This document shows positions 24,720 to 37,465 of a DNA stretch of 49,657 nucleotides, one piece after another. The notes under the pieces were generated by a model. The model saw only the letters and a list, made by a program, of their open reading frames with translations. It made no database searches and was not told the DNA's origin. Every line of letters begins with the position of its first letter. The first letter of the stretch is position 1. Location: positions 1 to 49,657 of the forward strand of contig NW_021834212.1 of the NCBI RefSeq assembly GCF_006345805.1. The letters run 5' to 3'. The DNA is from Octopus sinensis (taxonomy: Eukaryota). The position numbers were made by a program, and so were the translations under genes.

Positions 24720-27100
24720 TAAAATAATATTTGGAGTACAGGTAAATAATAGGAGGAGTAGAAGTAAAACGAAATAAGAAATGCAGGTAAAATTATATGG
24801 AGATTACAGGTAAAAATAATATTGGGAGTACAGGTAAATAGTAGGAGGAGTAGAGGTGAAACGAAATAAGAAATGCAGGTAAAATTATTTGGAGATTACA
24901 GGTAAAAATAATATTGGGAGTACAGGTAAATAGTAGGAGGAGTAGAGGTGAAACGAAATAAGAAATGCAGGTAAAATTATATGGAGATTACAGGTAAAAA
25001 TAATATTGGGAGTACAGGTAAATAGTAGGAGGAGTAGAGGTGAAACAAAATAAGAAATGCAGGTAAAATTATATGGAGATTACAGGTAAAAATAATATTG
25101 GGAGTACAGGTAAATAATAGGAGTAGAGGTGAAACGAAATAAGAAATGCAGGTAAAATTATATGGAGATTACAGGTAAAAATAATATTGGGAGTACAGGT
25201 AAATAATAGGAGAGTAGAGGTGAAACGAAATAAGAATGCAGGTAAAATTATATGGAGATTACAGGTAAAATAATATTGGGAGTACAGGTAAATAATAGGA
25301 GGAGTAGAGGTGAAACGAAATAAGAAATGCAGGTAAAATTATATGGAGATTACAGGTAAAATAATATTGGGAGTACAGGTAATAGTAGGAGGAGTAGAGG
25401 TGAAACAAAATAAGAAATGCAGGTAAAATATATGGAGATTACAGGTAAAAATAATATTGGGAGTACAGGTAAATAGTAGGAGGAGTAGAGGTGAAACAAA
25501 ATAAGAAATGCAGGTAAAATTATATGGAGATTACAGGTAAAAATAATATTGGGAGTACAGGTAAATAATAGGAGGAGTAGAGGTGAAACGAAATAAGAAA
25601 TGCAGGTAAAATTATATGGAGATTACAGGTAAAAATAATATTGGGAGTACAGGTAAATAGTAGGAGGAGTAGAGGTGAAACAAAATAAGAAATGCAGGTA
25701 AAATTATATGGAGATTACAGGTAAAAATAATATTGGGAGTACAGGTAAATAGTAGGAGGAGTAGAGGTGAAACAAAATAAGAAATGCAGGTAAAATTATA
25801 TGGAGATTACAGGTAAAAATAATATTGGGAGTACAGGTAAATAGTAGGAGGAGTAGAGGTGAAACAAAATAAGAAATGCAGGTAAAATTATATGGAGATT
25901 ACAGGTAAAAATAATATTGGGAGTACAGGTAAATAGTAGGAGTAGAGGTGAAACAAAATAAGAAATGCAGGTAAAATTATATGGAGATTACAGGTAAAAA
26001 TAATATTGGGAGTACAGGTAAATAGTAGGAGGAGTAGAGGTGAAACAAAATAAGAAATGCAGGTAAAATTATATGGAGATTACAGGTAAAAATAATATTG
26101 GGAGTACAGGTAAATAATAGGAGTAGAGGTGAAACGAAATAAGAAATGCAGGTAAAATATATGGAGATTACAGGTAAAAATAATATTGGGAGTACAGGTA
26201 AAATAGTAAGGAGTAGAGGTGAAACAAAATAAGAAATGCAGGTAAAATTATATGGAGATTACAGGTAAAAATAATATTGGGAGTACAGGTAAATAGTAGG
26301 AGGAGTAGAGGTGAAACAAAATAAGAAATGCAGGTAAAATTATATGGAGATTACAGGTAAAAATAATATTGGGAGTACAGGTAAATAGTAGGAGGAGTAG
26401 AGGTGAAACAAAATAAGAAATGCAGGTAAAATTATATGGAGATTACAGGTAAAAATAATATTGGGAATACAGGTAAATAATAGGACTAGAGGTGAAACGA
26501 AATAAGAAATGCAGGTAAAATTATATGGAGATTACAGGTAAAAATAATATTGGGAGTACAGGTAAATAATAGGAGGAGTAGAGGTGAAACGAAATAAGAA
26601 ATGCAGGTAAAATTATATGGAGATTACAGGTAAAAATAATATTGGGAGTACAGGTAAATAGTAGGAGGAGTAGAGGTGAAACAAAATAAGAAATGCAGGT
26701 AAAATTATATGGAGATTACAGGTAAAAATAATATTGGGAGTACAGGTAAATAGTAGGAGGAGTAGAGGTGAAGCGAAATAAGAAATGCAGGTAAAATTAT
26801 ATGGAGATTACAGGTAAAAATAATATTGGGAGTACAGGTAAATAGTAGGAGTAGAGGTGAAACAAAATAAGAAATGCAGGTAAAATTATATGGAGATTAC
26901 AGGTAAAAATAATATTGGGAGTACAGGTAAATAGTAGGAGGAGTAGAGGTGAAGCGAAATAAGAAATGCAGGTAAAACTATATGGAGATTACAGGTAAAA
27001 ATAATATTGGGAGTACAGGTAAGTAGGAGGAGTACAGGTGAAACAAAATAAGAAATGCAGGTAAAATTATATGGAGATTACAGGTAAAAATAATATCAAG
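24720..27100. repeat. 92-bp satellite (~26 copies) built from four ~23-bp (C/G)AGGT(A/G)AA sub-repeats; degenerate monomers on both flanks
   Basis: atgcaggtaaaatt at 24781, 24873, 24965 (period 92). Confidence 0.95.
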
Positions 27101-27311
27101 AGTAGAAGTGAAAGGAGTACACGGAAAATAATGTCAAGAATACAGGTAATTTTTAGTGAGGAGTATAGGTAAGATAATATTAGGAGTACAGGTTAAAGAG
27201 TACATTGGGGAGGAGTACAGCTAAAAGACATCAGGAGTACAAGTAAAGGAGGGAGAAAATAATGAGGAGTACAGGTAATAATGATATTAGAAGTTCAGGT
27301 AAAAATGAATA

Positions 27312-27550
27312 TTGGGTTAGTGCGTAATTATTGCTGATTTTTTTAACATTTTATTCAACAAAAACAATAACATGTAACATAAAAAACATCTTTAAATGAT
27401 TATTCTGGAGCATATTCACCATCTACTTCAATTACTGCTTCCCATTTGCTTGGCAGACGGTCAGACCATGATTTAAAGATGTTTTTGTTAAATTTTGTTA
27501 TTGTTTTTGTTGAATAAAATTTGTTGAACAAAAGCGCAATAATTATGTAC
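27312..27550 (-). mobile_element. Mariner-derived miniature fold-back element
   Basis: TA|TTGGGTTAGTGCGTAATTATTGC terminus; ~85-bp inverted arms; centre encodes DRLPSKWEAVIEVDGEYAPE* on minus (mariner-like C-terminus). Confidence 0.7.
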
Positions 27551-27842
27551 CGGCAAGGCATGCAGCTAAAAGAGTATAAAGAATACAGGTAAAATAATAT
27601 GGAGAAGATGATTAAAAAATATCAGGTGTGCAAATAAAGGAGTAGAGGTATGTGAAAATAACTCTAACTAAAGTGAAACTGACATAAAACAACAACAAAA
27701 ACAACAGGATAAACATTTCAGTTTGTCATTTAAGACATTCATTTGTGATGTCTTAAACAAGAACTTATGATGTCATATGTTACGACATAACATATCGTAA
27801 TATAACTTACATTATATCAAATGTGGCATATACATGTATATA

Positions 27843-28218
27843 CACTTGCGTCAGAAATTAATTAGCACTTCTCAAATTTCTACATTAAATAGGTTAAATC
27901 AATTAACCTATGAGCTGTTCAAAACATCTTACGCGATGAGAAAACTTAGTATGGTGTGATTTCGGTCCTTGCGAGGCGCTACCTATATCTATTAAACAAA
28001 GGAAGTTTGTCTGCATCCGCACTCCAAGTTGTTGCACTGCTATGTCAACATCATAAGGCTGTAGACTCTCAAACTGCTCTGCAAACAAAGTTACGTCATC
28101 GTTCTGCGCAACAGTGAACTCGCAACAAAGCAATAGTTCGAGATATGGCCACTAGGTGACAGCACATACCTTGAGTGAAGAGCAAATCAAGGGTGCTAAT
28201 TAATTTCTGACGGTAGTG
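27843..28218. mobile_element. Tc1/mariner-type MITE
   Basis: TA|CACT(TG/AC)CGTCAGAAATTAATTAGCAC 26-bp TIRs, TA on both sides. Confidence 0.85.
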
Positions 28219-28340
28219 TATATTAGAAGTTTTGGAGATGATGTACAGGTATTATATATTAGAAGAAATGAGGTACTCAGAAATCTGGATGGGTTTATAT
28301 TTACAGATATTTATTAATATGTCACATGTTTTTATAAATC

Positions 28341-28385
28341 ATATATTAGCGCTTGCGTCCACTCTAGTGGAGTCGTCAGATGTGT
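28341..28385 (-). ncRNA. Decayed minimal hammerhead motif
   Basis: Minus: acat-CTGACGA-ctccac taga gtggac-GCAA-GCGC-TA/atat; GAAA mutated, palindromic stem III. Confidence 0.4.
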
Positions 28386-28386
28386 A

Positions 28387-28710
28387 TCATCATCATCGTT
28401 TAACGTCCGCTTTCCATGCTAGCATGGGTTGGACGAGTTTGACTGAGGTCTGGCGAACCAGATGGCTACACCAGACTCCAATCTTGGTTTGGCAGAGTTT
28501 CTACAGCTGGATGCCCTTCCTAACGCCAACCACTCCGAGAGTGTAGTGGGAGCATTTTACATGCCACCGGCATGGGGGCCAGTCAGGTGGTACTGGCAAC
28601 GACCTCGCTCGAATCTTTTACACATGCCACCAGCACAGGTGCCAGTAAGGTGACGTTGGTAACGATCATGCTCGAATGGTGCCCTTTTACATGCCACTGG
28701 CACGGAAGCC
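28387..28710 (-). mobile_element. Stand-alone RTE 3' module with diverged VNTR units (other copies at ~28875-29065, 29338-29485, 41155-41345 +, 41898-42255, 48121-48570)
   Basis: (CAT)n-cgtttaacgtccgctttccatgctagcatgggttgg...ctggatgcccttcctaacgccaac. Confidence 0.85.
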
Positions 28711-29485
28711 AATATATTATCCATATATCTACTGTCTGACTATATAATGAAATGACTGGTTATTTATAGCAAAATCTGGTGTTTTAACCTGCCATGAAAT
28801 ATTCTGAGGTGTAGTCTGTTTATTATGTTACAGCACATTTATATTTATGGGTGTGTATGTATGTGTGTATCGTAATCATCATCATCCTTTAATGTCCATC
28901 TGCCATACTGGCCTGAGTTGGACAATTTGACAGGAGCAGGCAAGCCAGAGGACTGCACCAGACTTCATTGTCTGTTTTGACATGGTTTTTATGGTTGGAT
29001 GCCCTTCCTAACACCAGCCACTATACAGAATGTACTGGGTGCATTTTATATGGCACCAGCACTGGCAGTATATATACAGATGGGAAAAATGTTGCCATTT
29101 TATATTTCTAATTTCACGCATGTTCATTGTTTGTTTTTGATTTTGTCAGCTATACAGTATTGTAGGATCAGTTGGGCACTGTTTCTGAGAAAACCAGCAG
29201 CATGACGCAATTCACTCTGCCAGAAATTTGAGAATGACATGCCGTACTGCTTGGTATTCATGTCAGAAGCTCCAATACAAACATTTCAGAGTGTTTGGGT
29301 GTCAATTTGAGGACAGTGCAATCTGAGGAAATGTACTATCATCATCATCATCATCGTTTAACATCCGCTTTCCATGCTGGCATGGGTTGGATGGTTCAAC
29401 TGGGGTCTGGGAAGCCAGAAGGCTGCACCAGGCCCAGTCTGATCTGCCAGTGTTTCTACAGCTGGATGCCCTTCCTAACGCCAAG

Positions 29486-29625
29486 AGTGATAAAAATCCA
29501 ACATCATGGTGTTTGTACTGATCGCTAGTGATGGCAACATTGTACCTCCATTCATCTTCCCACACATCTTCAGACTCAAAATGAAGGCCTACATCAAGTG
29601 CCTGGAGGAAGTAGTGCTGTCCCTT
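29486..29625 (+). pseudogene. Tc1/mariner superfamily (maT/DD37D-like) transposase fragment; likely 5' part at ~29070-29337
   Basis: IMVFVLIASDGNIVPPFIFPHIFRLKMKAYIKCLEEVVL. Confidence 0.65.
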
Positions 29626-29914
29626 GAGAGCATGGATTATTCCTAGCATGTAACTTTTCTAATGACAATACTTCCAAACATGATGTATGCTTAATTTCTT
29701 GAACTTTGGTAATGTGGTTCCAGTACCATTTCTTGCTTTCGTATCCACAATCTTCAGGAACCTTTCTTGAGGAAATTCTAACCAGTTCCATCTGCTTCAA
29801 AGTTATCGGTGATTTAAGTGATGATAAGTCACAGAGCTGAGGACATGTGGCTTCATGGTTCGGGTCTTTAACCCACAATCACCCACAATCATAATGTCAT
29901 GAGTTAAGATTGGG

Positions 29915-30263
29915 AGTCAAAGAAACAGAGGACCTAATTGTAGCAGCCCAAGATCAAGCAAAAAAGATCAATAAAAAACAAGCAACTTGAGAAAAAATAT
30001 ATATGGAAAGAATGTGGTACTTGGAATGAGACAGTGGCACATGTTGTGGGAGAATGCTCCAAGTTGACACAGGAAGAATAAAAGAAATGGAAGCATAACC
30101 AGGCTGTAAAAGTCTTATACTGGAAACTGCACCAGAAATAGGGATTTGAAGCTGGAAACTCATGGTACAATCACCAAGTCAAAAGAGTTCTAGAGTTGGA
30201 GAAATGTAAGATTTTGTGGGACTTTCCTATTCAAATGGACAAGAAATTAGAAAATAATAGACC
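29915..30263 (+). mobile_element. R4/Dong-type (RLE endonuclease) LINE C-terminal fragment
   Basis: KETEDLIVAAQDQA...ETVAHVVGECSKL...HN...LYWKL...KILWDFPIQMDKKLENNRP. Confidence 0.8.
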
Positions 30264-30660
30264 AGGAGTGGCTGTGTGGTAAGTAGCTTGCTAACCAACC
30301 ACATGGTTCCGGGTCCAGTCCCACTGCGTGGCATCTTGGGCAAGTGTCTTCTGCTATAGCCCCGGGCCGACCAATGCCTTGTGAGTGGATTTGGTAGACG
30401 GAAACTGAAAGAAGCCCGTCGTATATATGTATATATATATAAGTGTGTGTGTATATGTTTGTGTGTCTGTGTTTGTCCCCCTAGCGTCGCTTGACAACCG
30501 ATGCTGGTGTGTTTACGTCCCTGTCACTTAGCGGTTCAGCAAAAGAGACCGATAGAATAAGTACTGGGCTTACAAAGAATAAGTCCCGGGGTCGAGTTGC
30601 TCGACTAAAGGCGGTGCTCCAGCATGGCCGCAGTCAACTGACTGAAACAAGTAAAGGAGT
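30264..30660 (+). mobile_element. SINE family A
   Basis: Full-length match. Confidence 0.9.
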
Positions 30661-30695
30661 ATATATATACAAAATACATACATGCATATGTGTGT

Positions 30696-30734
<39 letters not shown>

Positions 30735-30737
<3 letters not shown>

Positions 30738-30902
30738 CTTTACTACCCACAAGGGGCTAAACATAGGGGACAAACAAGGACAGACAAACGGATTAAGCCG
30801 ATTACATCGACCCAAGTGCAATACTGGTACTTTATTTATCGACCCCGAAAGGATGAAAGGATGAAAGTCGACCTCGGCGGAATTTGAACTCAGAACGTAG
30901 CG
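30735..30902 (-). mobile_element. SINE family B, 5'-truncated
   Basis: Matches 24025-24190. Confidence 0.85.
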
Positions 30903-31459
30903 ATATATATATATATATATATAAATGTCTCCACTGTCATGTTTTTGTTATCAATGTTGATCCTCTGCAAATCCCTAATTTTATTTTGATTTGCGGGAGC
31001 AACCGCCTTTTGAAACCTCATATTGTCGTTAAATGCTCGAAATGAGGAGTAGATGGATAGCTGACAACTGATGAAGGGTCGTTCTTTATGTTACTTGTCT
31101 TGTTTTCCATTTGTTTATCTCGTTGCTTGCTTTCCCAAGTTTGTCTTCGTACTTCATGTTGTTTACGTTTTGTGATGCCCTGTACCCATATATGCATATA
31201 TATATATGAATATACATGGTGGCTGCCCCCCCCCTCGTTATCAAGTATGGCCATTGCACGAAACTTAATCAATGTTGCCATCGTGCAATGCCTATGCAAG
31301 AAGATTTTTTTAAAGGAGGAAAGGCTGTGCACTGAGTCAATCCCACTCACTAAGCAACAGCAGCCATAATCCGAAAAGAAGAACAAGTCAACATCATTGG
31401 TAACCGCTGAGCCACAGGTTTTATGTCGGAGTTATCCCAGTTACCTGAGTATAACATTC

Positions 31460-31795
31460 TTGCTCACAACATCGTAAGTGGAAAGTGTAACCTCTCGAAA
31501 GAGCTGTTCTTCACTCCTGCTCCAGAGCGTAGGCTGCGGGGACACTCCGAAAAGCTCTATCTGCGATGATTTCATCTCAATCGAAGGAGAGGGGCTTTCT
31601 CCGTCCGGGTTGCGGATCTGTGGAATAAGCTGCCGGACGAGATAGTGAAGATGCCGACGACCGCTCGGTTCAAAGTCTCCCTTGACCACAAATGGCCTGA
31701 ACCCTTTGCATGAACTCCACCCTGTACATAACTCCATGTCCCCCTACATGGCCTTGCTTTTTGCTTTTTGAGCCAAAAAATTAACTAACTAACTA
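31460..31795 (+). mobile_element. CR1-clade LINE 3' end, (TAAC)n tail
   Basis: RLRGHSEKL...RRGAFSVRVADLWNKLPDEIV...FKVSLD; second copy at 43915-44258. Confidence 0.88.
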
Positions 31796-32346
31796 CCTTC
31801 TCCTAGAAAGATTCCCTAACAAAAGCTAGGAGTCCTTCACTCCCAATGGTTTAACCACGCGATCGGGTATTCAGTCCAATTATTTCTATGTCCCCGTGCA
31901 TGATACAGCTTTAAGACATTTATTGGATGGTCGTTGACTCTCAAGAGTTCCTCCACCCTTTGACGGGTTTTGTTTTTCCTCCCGCAGGGTGTCCAATAAA
32001 CACCTTCCCCACCAAGCAAGCTTGGTGGGGTTGCAGGTTTAGTCGCCGATGACCTGACCATGCAACAGGTTGTACTGGGTTACATGTTACCAGTAGCACT
32101 CGAAAGTGACCATGTATGTATATACATACATACATGAACCCAGAACTATGTGGTTGGTAAGCAAGCTACTTAGCACACAGCCACTCCTGCGCCTATTTAT
32201 TATCACCTTGTTATGTGACTGACCAGATGACCAGACTCACAGATGTTGTTACACATCACTGGTCACAATGCTTTTTTTACATTGTTTTAGCTTTCGAATG
32301 ATGCCACCCAACTAACTAGGCAAGCAGGCCAACAATTCCCCCCTGA

Positions 32347-33074
32347 TTAACCCTTTCGTTACTGTATTTCTGTTGAGATGCCCTGTATTTCTTTCAATTA
32401 TTTTAGATAAAAGAAAGAATTTAGTAAAATGAATTAGTTATCATTAAGCTGGTGTTAGGAACATAAATTGTGACTAAGGTTTGGTGGAAGATTTTAATTC
32501 AGAACTTTTGAAAAGACATTTGTACTCAGAGCCAGAGGCAGTTTCCGCTGGGCTGGTATCAAAAGGGTTAAGAATTGTTTCTCTATTATATATCTTAACC
32601 TTTTTGTTACCATATTTCTGCTGAGATGCTCTGTGTTTCTTTCGATTACGTTAAATATAACAAAGAATTTAGTAAAATAACTTAGTTATCATTCAGCTAG
32701 TGTTAGGAACATAAATTGTGATAAGGTTTGGTGGAAGATTTTTAATTCAAAACTTATGAAAACAAGACATTTGTACTGGAAGCCAGAGCCGGCTTCAGCC
32801 GGATTGGTATCAAAAGGGTTAAGAATTGTTTCTCTATTATATATCTTAACCCTTTTGTTACCATATTTCTGCTGAGATGCTCTGTGTTTCTTTCAATTAC
32901 TTTAAATATAACAAAGAATTTAGTAAAATAACTTAGTTATCATTCAGCTAGTGTTAGGAACATAAATTGTGAGTAAAGTTTGGTGGAAGATTTTAATTCA
33001 AAACTTATGAAAACAAGACATTTGTACTAAAGAGCCAGAGCCGGTTTCAGCCGGGTTAGTAATGAAAGGGTTAA
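32347..33074. mobile_element. Three tandem piggyBac-type MITEs (~220 bp each)
   Basis: TTAA|CC(C)TTT...AAAGGG|TTAA at 32347-32571, 32595-32822, 32846-33074; identical 23-bp spacers. Confidence 0.85.
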
Positions 33075-33278
33075 AGGGGGGAGTGGAGAAACATGAAATG
33101 AATGCACTGTCTGGTCTGAGAATTGGACCTATAACTTATGATTGTAAGTCAGAATTGTGTTTCAAAGTGAAGTGATGATTTGAACAACAGGAACAACTAA
33201 AATAATGTCTACAACAACAGCAACAACAATATTAATTGCATGATGAACATTACGCAGTGTTTGCGCTGCTAGACTCAC

Positions 33279-33308
33279 CTCCTGAGGACGCGCCACTTCT
33301 TGACTTGC
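33279..33308 (-). CDS. 30-nt phase-1 microexon, (G)KSRSGASSG
   Basis: tttttgctatttcattgctcAG|GCAAGTCAAGAAGTGGCGCGTCCTCAGGAG|GTGAGT; paralogue of 37466-37495. Confidence 0.8.
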
Positions 33309-33762
33309 CTGAGCAATGAAATAGCAAAAATTAAAAAAAATAATAATAGATAAATAAATAAATAAATAAATAAAATTCACTGTCATGTGACTGTTTTTAC
33401 TGTCATGTAAATATTTGCAGTAGGCTGTGGTTAGAAGCTTGCTCCCAGACACATGGTTCCAGGTTCAGTCCTGCTACATGGCACCTTGGGCAAGAGTCTT
33501 CTACTATAGCCTCGAGTCAACCAAAGCCTTGTGAGTGGATTTGGTAGGTGGAAACTGAAAGAAGCCTGTTGTGCATATATATATATATATATTTTTTTTT
33601 ATATAGTTCTATATTTAAGAGATGAGGAATTATGTGCATTATTTAAGGGCCTTGGGGAAGGAAAAGGCTAAGGGTGTTGTGTGGCAAGAGTCAAGACACC
33701 CCCTGCGAGAATAGACTTGACCGAATGACTATAAATAGTAGTGGTCTTAGAGAGACAGAGTA

Positions 33763-34386
33763 CCGTAAATCCTCGAATATAATCCGCACTTTTTCCCCAA
33801 AATTTAAAGGTCAAAATCCCTAGTGCGTATTATACACTAGGTTAAAAATGAAAAATATTTTCTAAGCAATGTCTGAGTCTCTATTTGCTGTCCGGCAATG
33901 TTTATTCAGACGCATTTTGTGATGTTGGGCGCGAAAATACCTTAAGCTAAGCCTGAAAGCAATGAAGTCATAAAAGAATCATCCATAACTTGCAATAAGC
34001 AACATTCATTAAACGTTATTACTGTTATTTCTTTATTTTCTGCAAACAAAATGCACAAAAAAGCTACACGTTTGCATTATGTTATATATACAATAATAAT
34101 AAAGGACATTACTGTATACATTTTAAAAAACCAAGGACGTTATATAGACCTTCTTGACTGAAGTTAGAGAAGGGGTGCGTATTATACACAAGGTTTAGGT
34201 TTTTCAGAGGTACAGTCCCCTAAAAATCCCCTGCATATTATACACAAGGTTTAGGTTTTTCAGAGGTACAGCCCCCTAAAAATCCCCTGCGTATTATACA
34301 CAAGGTTTAGGTTTTTCAGAGGTACAGCCCCCTAAAAATCCCCTGCGTATTATACTCAAGGGCGGACTATACTCGAGGATTTACGG
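33763..34386. mobile_element. Tc2/pogo-like MITE with a subterminal 54-bp unit repeated 3 times
   Basis: TA|CCGTAAATCCTCGA(A/G)TATA(A/G)TCCGC TIRs, TA on both sides. Confidence 0.85.
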
Positions 34387-34749
34387 TAGGGGTTAATTGC
34401 AGAAATTCATAAGGTGTTGTTTTGGTAGTTGTCAGAATATCATTTGTTGGTTTATGTATAGTTTGTTGGATTGTTACGTTGTTGTCACCCTATTTCATTA
34501 TATATTTTATTGTTACTACGGGGTTATAGTGTAAAAAAAGGTATCGTCATAACAATTGAATGCAACATATAGCTGACCATGGCCAAAGACATGTTTAGGC
34601 AAGAACAGCCCCACTTTATCAAATGTCTGCCCTTGTGATTTACCGATAGACATTGCGTATGGCTATCAATAAACTAGTTTCTTTCTAAAGTGACTGGCAA
34701 GTTTGGGATGCACATGCATTAAGTGATAGGTGATATACAAAAGTTAGTT

Positions 34750-35415
34750 CAATTAAAACAAATTACTTTCCACTATGCACTCATGACCACCCCATCAGAA
34801 CATCACCCCTCTGCTAAAAGTATATTCCTAACTCTCCACTATATCATTACATTCAACTAACCACATAATAAATATTACGTTTTCCCCCACCACATGTCAT
34901 GGACACTTCTCTCTTCCTCTTCTTCCTCTCTCTTTCTGCTTCAATTAAAATAAATTACTTTCCACTATGCACTCACGACGACGACGACACCACCACCATC
35001 ATCATCATCATCATCTCTCTCCTCTCTTTAATCTCACCATCAGAACATCACCCCTCTGCTAAAAGTATATTCCTAACTCTCCACTATATCATTACATTCA
35101 ACTAACCACATAATAAATATTTCGTTTCCCTCTACCACATATCATGGACACTTCTCTCTCCCTCTTCTTCCTCTCTCTTTCTGCTTCAATTAAAACAAAT
35201 TACTTTCCACTATGCACTCACGACCACCACCACCATCATCATCATCATCTCTCTCTCTAATCTCGCCATCAGAACATCACCCCTCTGCTAAAAGTATATT
35301 CCTAACTCTCCACTATATCATTACATTCAACTAACCACATAATAAATATTACGTTTCTCCCTACCACATATCATGGACACTTCTCTCTCCCTCTTTTTCT
35401 TTCTCTCTTTCTGCC
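34750..35415. repeat. ~190-245 bp tandem triplication
   Basis: caattaaaa(c/t)aaattactttccactatgcactca at 34750, 34942, 35187. Confidence 0.9.
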
Positions 35416-36257
35416 TCACCCTTTGCCTTATCCTTTTTTTCTCCTCTTTTCTTTCTCCCTCTTTTTCTTTAACCATGTGAAAGCGTTACTGGTGGGCTAA
35501 GTAATGCAATGACAAGCAGAATTATTATAAGGGAAAAATTTGACAAGTCAGTCAGTCACCAGCTGACACTCGCTGACGATATATCGAAGAGGCCAGGGAA
35601 CAGAAGAAAGAAGTAGAAAGAAGACATGCACTCAACACCAGAGCTGAAGACACCTCCGAAAGAGGGGGGATGCCACGTCAAAACGGTAGAGGAGTAGGGG
35701 CTGAAACTGGACGTGGTTCCTCCTGATGATGTCTTGAGCTAACTGGATCCTATAAAGGAGCTGTTGTGGTAGCAGACTACGAAACACGGTTGTAATTCCT
35801 TCTGAGTTCTGCTAGATTCTTAGAATCCAATCACTTCTATCTTGTGTGTGTATATGTACACATATACACACATGCATGACACACACACACACACACACAC
35901 ATATGGGATTTGTGGCTGCATCAACCTGTCTGCTATTTGGCCAGTTGGGTATCAAAGGCTGCAGGAAAACTGCCACAATTAAAAGCTTGTCTGTTGTTGC
36001 TGAAAAGAGCTCAATGTGGATCTGGGTGAGAAGCAATAGTTCCTGGTTCAGTCTCACAGTGTGACACCTTGGGCAAGTGTCTTCTAGTATAGCCTCGAGC
36101 CAACCAAAGCCTTGAGAGTGACTTTGGTAGAGGGAAACTGAAAGAAACCTGTCATATACATTATATATATATATATATATATATACACATGTGTGTCTGT
36201 GTCTTTGTGTCTGTCCCTCCACCACCACTTGACAATTGGTGTTGGTGTGTTTATGTC

Positions 36258-37074
36258 AGTTGATACCATCTCTGGCAAGGGCTTTGAAATAAAACCAAGA
36301 AGAAGTTCCAGACACCCAGCTGAATACTTGACAGACACTGACTTTGCTGACGACATCGCTCTTATCAGTGATTCTCTCTCCAATGCCCAGTCTCTTTTAC
36401 AATCTCTCGAACAAGCCTCAAATTGTGTAGGTCTTTACCTCAATGAGGCCAAGACTGAATACTTAAACAAGTGCCTGTCCAACAGTGATTGCATCATCCA
36501 TACTCTCAACAATGCGCCCTTAAATATGTTTTCTGGAAAAGATTTTCTAACTAGAAAGGGTATGGCCTGGTCAGCCTGTAATGACATGCATAAGATCTAG
36601 TCATCAAATCTAAGTAGAGACTTCAAACTTGAAATCTTCAAAGCCACAGTTGAACCAATTCTACTATATGGCTCAGAAACCTGGACGTTATCAAAGAAGC
36701 TTGAGAGGCGGTTGGATGGAACCTACACTCGCCTCCTTATGAGAGCTCAAAATCTCTCGTGGAAGCGTCATCAAACCAAAGTACAAATATAGGGGAAACT
36801 ACCACCTGTGTCATCTCTTGTGAAAGGTAGGAGAGTCCAGTTTGCTGGACATTGTTGTAGAGCTGAAAACGAGACAATTTCTACTCTTCTCCTCTGGAAG
36901 CCATCTACCCGCAATACCAGAGGGTGCACACTCTCCTACCCTGATGTAATCTCCAGGGATACAGGCATCCAGCAACAGGACCTCCGTAATGCCATGATGG
37001 ACCATAAAGTCTGGCGTAACATAGTAAATTCCATTGTCTCGACCATGGTTGAACAATGATGATGATGATGATGA
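36258..37074 (+). mobile_element. RTE-type LINE 3' fragment (distinct family) inserted in a SINE-A (36035-37265); 7-bp TSD; (TGA)n tail
   Basis: DTDFADDIALIS...LLYGSETW...RRVQFAGHC; ttatgtc at 36251-36257 and 37075-37081. Confidence 0.88.
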
Positions 37075-37465
37075 TTATGTCCCCATCACTTAGCAGTTTC
37101 GCAAAAGAGACTGATAGAATAGGTACTGGGTTTTCAAAAAAAAAAAAAAATCAAGTCCTGGAATCCTGGGGTCAATTTGTTCAACTAAAACTTTAAAAAA
37201 AAAAAACACTTCAAGGCAGTGCCCCAGCATGGCCACAGTCAAACGCCTGAAACAGATAAAAGGTAAATCACACACACACACACACATACGACTACATGTA
37301 TATAGAATAGAATAGAATGCAGGAGACGTGAGTGACCAGAATGACCAGAACAAGAAGGTCCCTAAAAAATTGAAGTGACAAACAACTAAAAGAGCAACTA
37401 CAACAACGAAAATAACAACACTAAAAACCAATGCTACGCATTGTTTGCCGCGCAGCTAGACTCAC

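Noticed and set aside
24720-27100. Dozens of CAG|GTAAA donor-like motifs on the + strand
   Set aside because: They are satellite sub-repeats antisense to the inferred gene, with no matching acceptors or ORF
35717-35800. CTGATGA...GAAAC hammerhead candidate
   Set aside because: Stem II is partly plausible, but stems I and III do not pair convincingly; at best a decayed copy
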